Of a stretch of 64,000 nt of DNA, positions 60,911-64,000 are shown in pieces. The position numbers were made by a program, and so were the translations under genes. The stretch is from Phycisphaerae bacterium (GTDB lineage: Bacteria > Planctomycetota > Phycisphaerae > UBA1845 > Fen-1342), in contig CAXXWX010000010.1 in assembly GCA_963675745.2 (NCBI GenBank), positions 64,001 through 128,000 on the forward strand, in the 5' to 3' direction. Positions within the stretch are counted from its first letter, which is position 1; every line of letters starts with the position of its first letter. Below the pieces are notes generated by a model. The model saw only the letters and a list, made by a program, of their open reading frames with translations. It did no database searches and was not told where the DNA came from.

Positions 60911-62359
60911 CTATCGACGAATCGTGCGCAGAAACTCCTGCACTTCCGGTATCTCCCCCTGGTAGATGAGGTAGCCGTTGTAGGGTTCGCGCTCGGTGAT
61001 GTCGTTGCAGATCGGCGTGAGCATGATCCGTTGGACTTCGGCCGGGTCGGACGACTGACCCAGGGCCCAACAGAGTTTCATATACGCGACTTCCGGCAGC
61101 ATGTTCGCCAGGGGGACAACGCCGAGCTTCATGATCTCGCGTCCCGTTTCATAGACGTACATCTGCACATAACCCCAAAGCGTTTGGACGGTCATGTAGA
61201 TGTGTACGCCGGCGTCCGTCGCGCGCTTTAACGCCGGGTACAGCGGTTTGTTTACGTGGCCGAGTCCGGTGCCGGCGATGACGATGCCGCGGTAGCCCTT
61301 CTCGACAATCGCATCAACAATGTCGGGCTGCATCCCGGGGTAGTAATAGAGGATCGTCACCTTCTCCTCGAACGTCAGTTTCAGTGTCACGTTGCGGTCG
61401 AGACGGCGGCGACGGAAGTCGTCGCGCAACGGCGACACTTCCTTGGGCGAGATCATGGCCAGAGGCACATCACCGATCGTGCGAAATGTGGACCGGTAGC
61501 TCGAGTGCATCTTGCGCACGCGCGTGCCGCGGTGCAGCAGGCAGTATTCATCCGACGTCGGCCCGAACATGCAGACCATAACTTCGGCAATCGGCCCCTC
61601 GGCGGCGGCTTTGACCGCGTTGATCAGATTGATCGCCGCGTCGGACGACGGACGATCGGAGCTGCGCTGCGAGCCGACCATTACGATCGGAACGGGTGAG
61701 TCCTGCACCATGAAGCTGAGCACTGCGGCGGTGTGGTGCATGGTGTCGGTGCCGTGCCCGATTACGACGCCGTCGACGCCTTCCGCGATCGCCTCGCCGA
61801 CCCTTTTGGCCAATGCCAGATAGTTCTCCTTGGCCATGTTCTCGCTGAACACGCCGTAGAGCTTCTCGGTGCGCAGATTGCAGATGTCGGCGAGCTCGGG
61901 CACGGACCCGTAGAGCTCGCCGGGTGAGAACGCCGGAATGACGGCGCCGGTGCGGTAGTCGAGCCGACTGGCGATTGTGCCGCCGGTGCCGAACAGGACC
62001 ACGTTCGGTTTGGCCGGGTCGCGCGGGAACTCCTTCTCGGGGATTTTGTAGTGCGCCTCGCGGCGGCCGATTTCGGTGATGTTTGTAATCGAATCGGCGG
62101 CAATGCCGACGTTGTAGCCGCTGCTCAGCTTGATCACGATATGGCGGTCATCGGCGGTTTCGGAGCGCGGCAGGATGATACCCGCGAAAATGCCGTTGTT
62201 TGAGTCAAGCTTTACTTCACTCCACACGCCGACATTGTATTGCTCGAGAACTGCGGCGCCGGGGCCGCGGTAGCTTTTGCGTGGCGAATCATCGTTCGAC
62301 GCAGCCCGACGTGCCTCGGTGGTAGCCTTGTCAGAATCCATTTCCAGATCATCCTGCAT
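60911..62359 (-). CDS. gatD: Glu-tRNA(Gln) amidotransferase subunit D (archaeal type)
   Basis: GatD-type N-terminal domain (IVIKLSSGYNVGI), TGGTIAS, HGTDT, GSQRSSDRPSSD, RKMHSS.R. Confidence 0.93.
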   Translation of the reverse strand: MQDDLEMDSDKATTEARRAASNDDSPRKSYRGPGAAVLEQYNVGVWSEVKLDSNNGIFAGIILPRSETADDRHIVIKLSSGYNVGIAADSITNITEIGRREAHYKIPEKEFPRDPAKPNVVLFGTGGTIASRLDYRTGAVIPAFSPGELYGSVPELADICNLRTEKLYGVFSENMAKENYLALAKRVGEAIAEGVDGVVIGHGTDTMHHTAAVLSFMVQDSPVPIVMVGSQRSSDRPSSDAAINLINAVKAAAEGPIAEVMVCMFGPTSDEYCLLHRGTRVRKMHSSYRSTFRTIGDVPLAMISPKEVSPLRDDFRRRRLDRNVTLKLTFEEKVTILYYYPGMQPDIVDAIVEKGYRGIVIAGTGLGHVNKPLYPALKRATDAGVHIYMTVQTLWGYVQMYVYETGREIMKLGVVPLANMLPEVAYMKLCWALGQSSDPAEVQRIMLTPICNDITEREPYNGYLIYQGEIPEVQEFLRTIRR

Positions 62360-62452
62360 TTGACCAAGTACTGCATTGTCCGGCAGGCCTCCGGCCGCCC
62401 ACGCTGACTTGCGGATGGAGGCGACCAGGTCTGTCGGAGTCCACGCGAGCGA

Positions 62453-64000
62453 TTACACCGTTGAGTGCTCAGCCGGGCCGGGTGTGGTACTGCAATCCAG
62501 GCGCTGCCGCACCAGCGCCGCCAGGTGGCGCCCTTCGACGCGCCCGATCAATCGGCTCATCAGCCGGCCCATCACCCAGCGCTGCCGCGCATCGATCGGT
62601 TTATCGGTGCGCGGATTCGCGTCGAGTTCTCGAAGCGCCTCGTCGACTTCCGTTTGGACCACCTTGTCGTTGACCGGCTCACAGGTAAGCGCGCTGGTGA
62701 CTTCGGCGACGCGCGCCACGGGGAACTGCGCTGCCTCACTGTCGCTCAGCACTTGTTCGATCACCAGCGTAACGCCATCGCGGGTTATCCGTCCGTCTGC
62801 ATGCGCCCGAAACGCCTCATACAGGCACTCGTCACATAGCCGTTGCGGTCGGAACCCGGCGCGCCATAGCGCTTTCATGCGTTGCACGAGCACAACCGCC
62901 GCGAATGTGGGGTCTATCTTCAGCTCTTGCACCAGCCGATCAAACAGGCCGATGCGTGGCGAGACCATCAGGGGCTGCAGTGTGTCATGGGGGACGCCCA
63001 GCCTGGCGAGCTCGGCCTCGCGCTCCCAGACATTCACGGGTAAGAGGGATCGGATCTGCTCGAGCCTGGGACGCGTGATCTCCAATGGCGGCAGGTCGGT
63101 GTCTGGGTACATACGCTCGGCGCCGGGGAGCACGCGCTCGAATCCGGTTGTGCCGTCGGGTAGCGCCTGGCGTGTATCATGCGGCACGCCTTCCGTCGCC
63201 TCGCGGGCCCTGATCACAATCTCTTCACACGCCGTCTCGGTGTCGTCACGATCGCCCCACACCAATACGAGCGCGTCGCCGGCCTTGGCCCTGGTTATGC
63301 GATACAGCTCTTTCCAATCGCGCGCCGTCAGGGCCTCGGTCGCCGTGTCTGAGTGCACGATATTGGGCATCTTCGACAGGCAAGCGACCACGCGCACGCG
63401 GTCGGCGAACTCCTTGGCAAAGGTCGTGTGCTCCTGCGTGGTCTCGTTGAGCAATCCCGCGAAACCACGCAGCGCGACGCACATGACGCGCAGCCCGTCG
63501 GCAAGCGCCGCGCGGATCGGGTCATAGCGCACCTTTGTCACCGCGCGCGTGACCTCGTGTTTTGAGTACGCGAAGGAGTCCGGGGTAACTCCGCGTTGCC
63601 GCAACATCTCCCGGATGCGCAGCAGGGCGCATTGCCGCATGGCTTCGTTATAGGTCAGACGCGGGATGCGCCAGATCTGCGGCACGCCCTTGATCTCGAC
63701 GCGCGTACCACCCCGCACGCTCACGTTGACATCCTCGCGCGCGGCGCCATACCCCGTGCGGACTTTGCCCGTGCTGCGGGCCAGCATCCGCAGGATCTGG
63801 CAAACCTCGGCCGCCTCTTGCGGCGTGCGCATATCGGGGTCGGTCACGGTCTCGGTCAGCGGCATGCCCAGCCGGTCCGTCAACAGCACCCGATCGTGCC
63901 CGGTGTCGGAAACCTCGCGACAGGAATCCTCTTCGATCGAAAGCTGGGTGATACCGATGCGGCGGTCCTTGTAGGGAATCCACCCTCCGACGCCGATGAT
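62453..64000 (-). CDS. gatE: Glu-tRNA(Gln) amidotransferase subunit E (archaeal type); 5' end beyond the window
   Basis: Frame is open to 64000: IEEDSCRE, DRLGMPL, DVNVS, RVEIKGV, AspRS-like insertion, TRQALPDGTT.F.R.LPGA.RMYPDTD. Confidence 0.93.
   Translation of the reverse strand: MIGVGGWIPYKDRRIGITQLSIEEDSCREVSDTGHDRVLLTDRLGMPLTETVTDPDMRTPQEAAEVCQILRMLARSTGKVRTGYGAAREDVNVSVRGGTRVEIKGVPQIWRIPRLTYNEAMRQCALLRIREMLRQRGVTPDSFAYSKHEVTRAVTKVRYDPIRAALADGLRVMCVALRGFAGLLNETTQEHTTFAKEFADRVRVVACLSKMPNIVHSDTATEALTARDWKELYRITRAKAGDALVLVWGDRDDTETACEEIVIRAREATEGVPHDTRQALPDGTTGFERVLPGAERMYPDTDLPPLEITRPRLEQIRSLLPVNVWEREAELARLGVPHDTLQPLMVSPRIGLFDRLVQELKIDPTFAAVVLVQRMKALWRAGFRPQRLCDECLYEAFRAHADGRITRDGVTLVIEQVLSDSEAAQFPVARVAEVTSALTCEPVNDKVVQTEVDEALRELDANPRTDKPIDARQRWVMGRLMSRLIGRVEGRHLAALVRQRLDCSTTPGPAEHSTV

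Noticed and set aside
1..64000. CRISPR array or rRNA
   Set aside because: No regularly spaced repeat-spacer series and no rRNA-like sequence seen.

Overview
High-GC bacterial DNA, most likely PVC/Planctomycetota (Phycisphaerae-like). This rests on the L28 insertion RRGKAKYLGGVG and on the many secreted proteins (C25, DUF1080, GH116). The backbone holds pyrR-pyrB, nfeD-floA, valS, tRNA-Pro, tRNA-Thr, pepP-accB-accC and rpmB-gatC-gatA. Highlights: (1) archaeal-type gatE-gatD converges on gatC-gatA with no gatB in between, and a 148-bp MITE sits at the junction. (2) A decayed ~8-kb island at tRNA-Pro carries two homologous 88-bp segments exactly 5400 bp apart. Each encodes a conserved 28-aa C-terminal tail ending EALLAA*, and one lies next to an integrase remnant, suggesting an integration-dependent degron switch. 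(3) The island cargo is an ARPP-1 fusion plus phosphatase, macro, FHA-like, kinase, caspase and SPL-like fragments. (4) A complete sigma-54 promoter (two UAS, IHF site, -24/-12) drives a signal-peptide-bearing rubrerythrin. (5) An in-frame palindromic octamer repeat is inserted in valS. (6) A very basic small protein is missed by the ORF track because of a frameshift. Several single-base indels (valS end, 24.7-26.8 kb, tRNA-Pro) look like assembly errors. All family calls come from motif recognition by eye; no searches were run.
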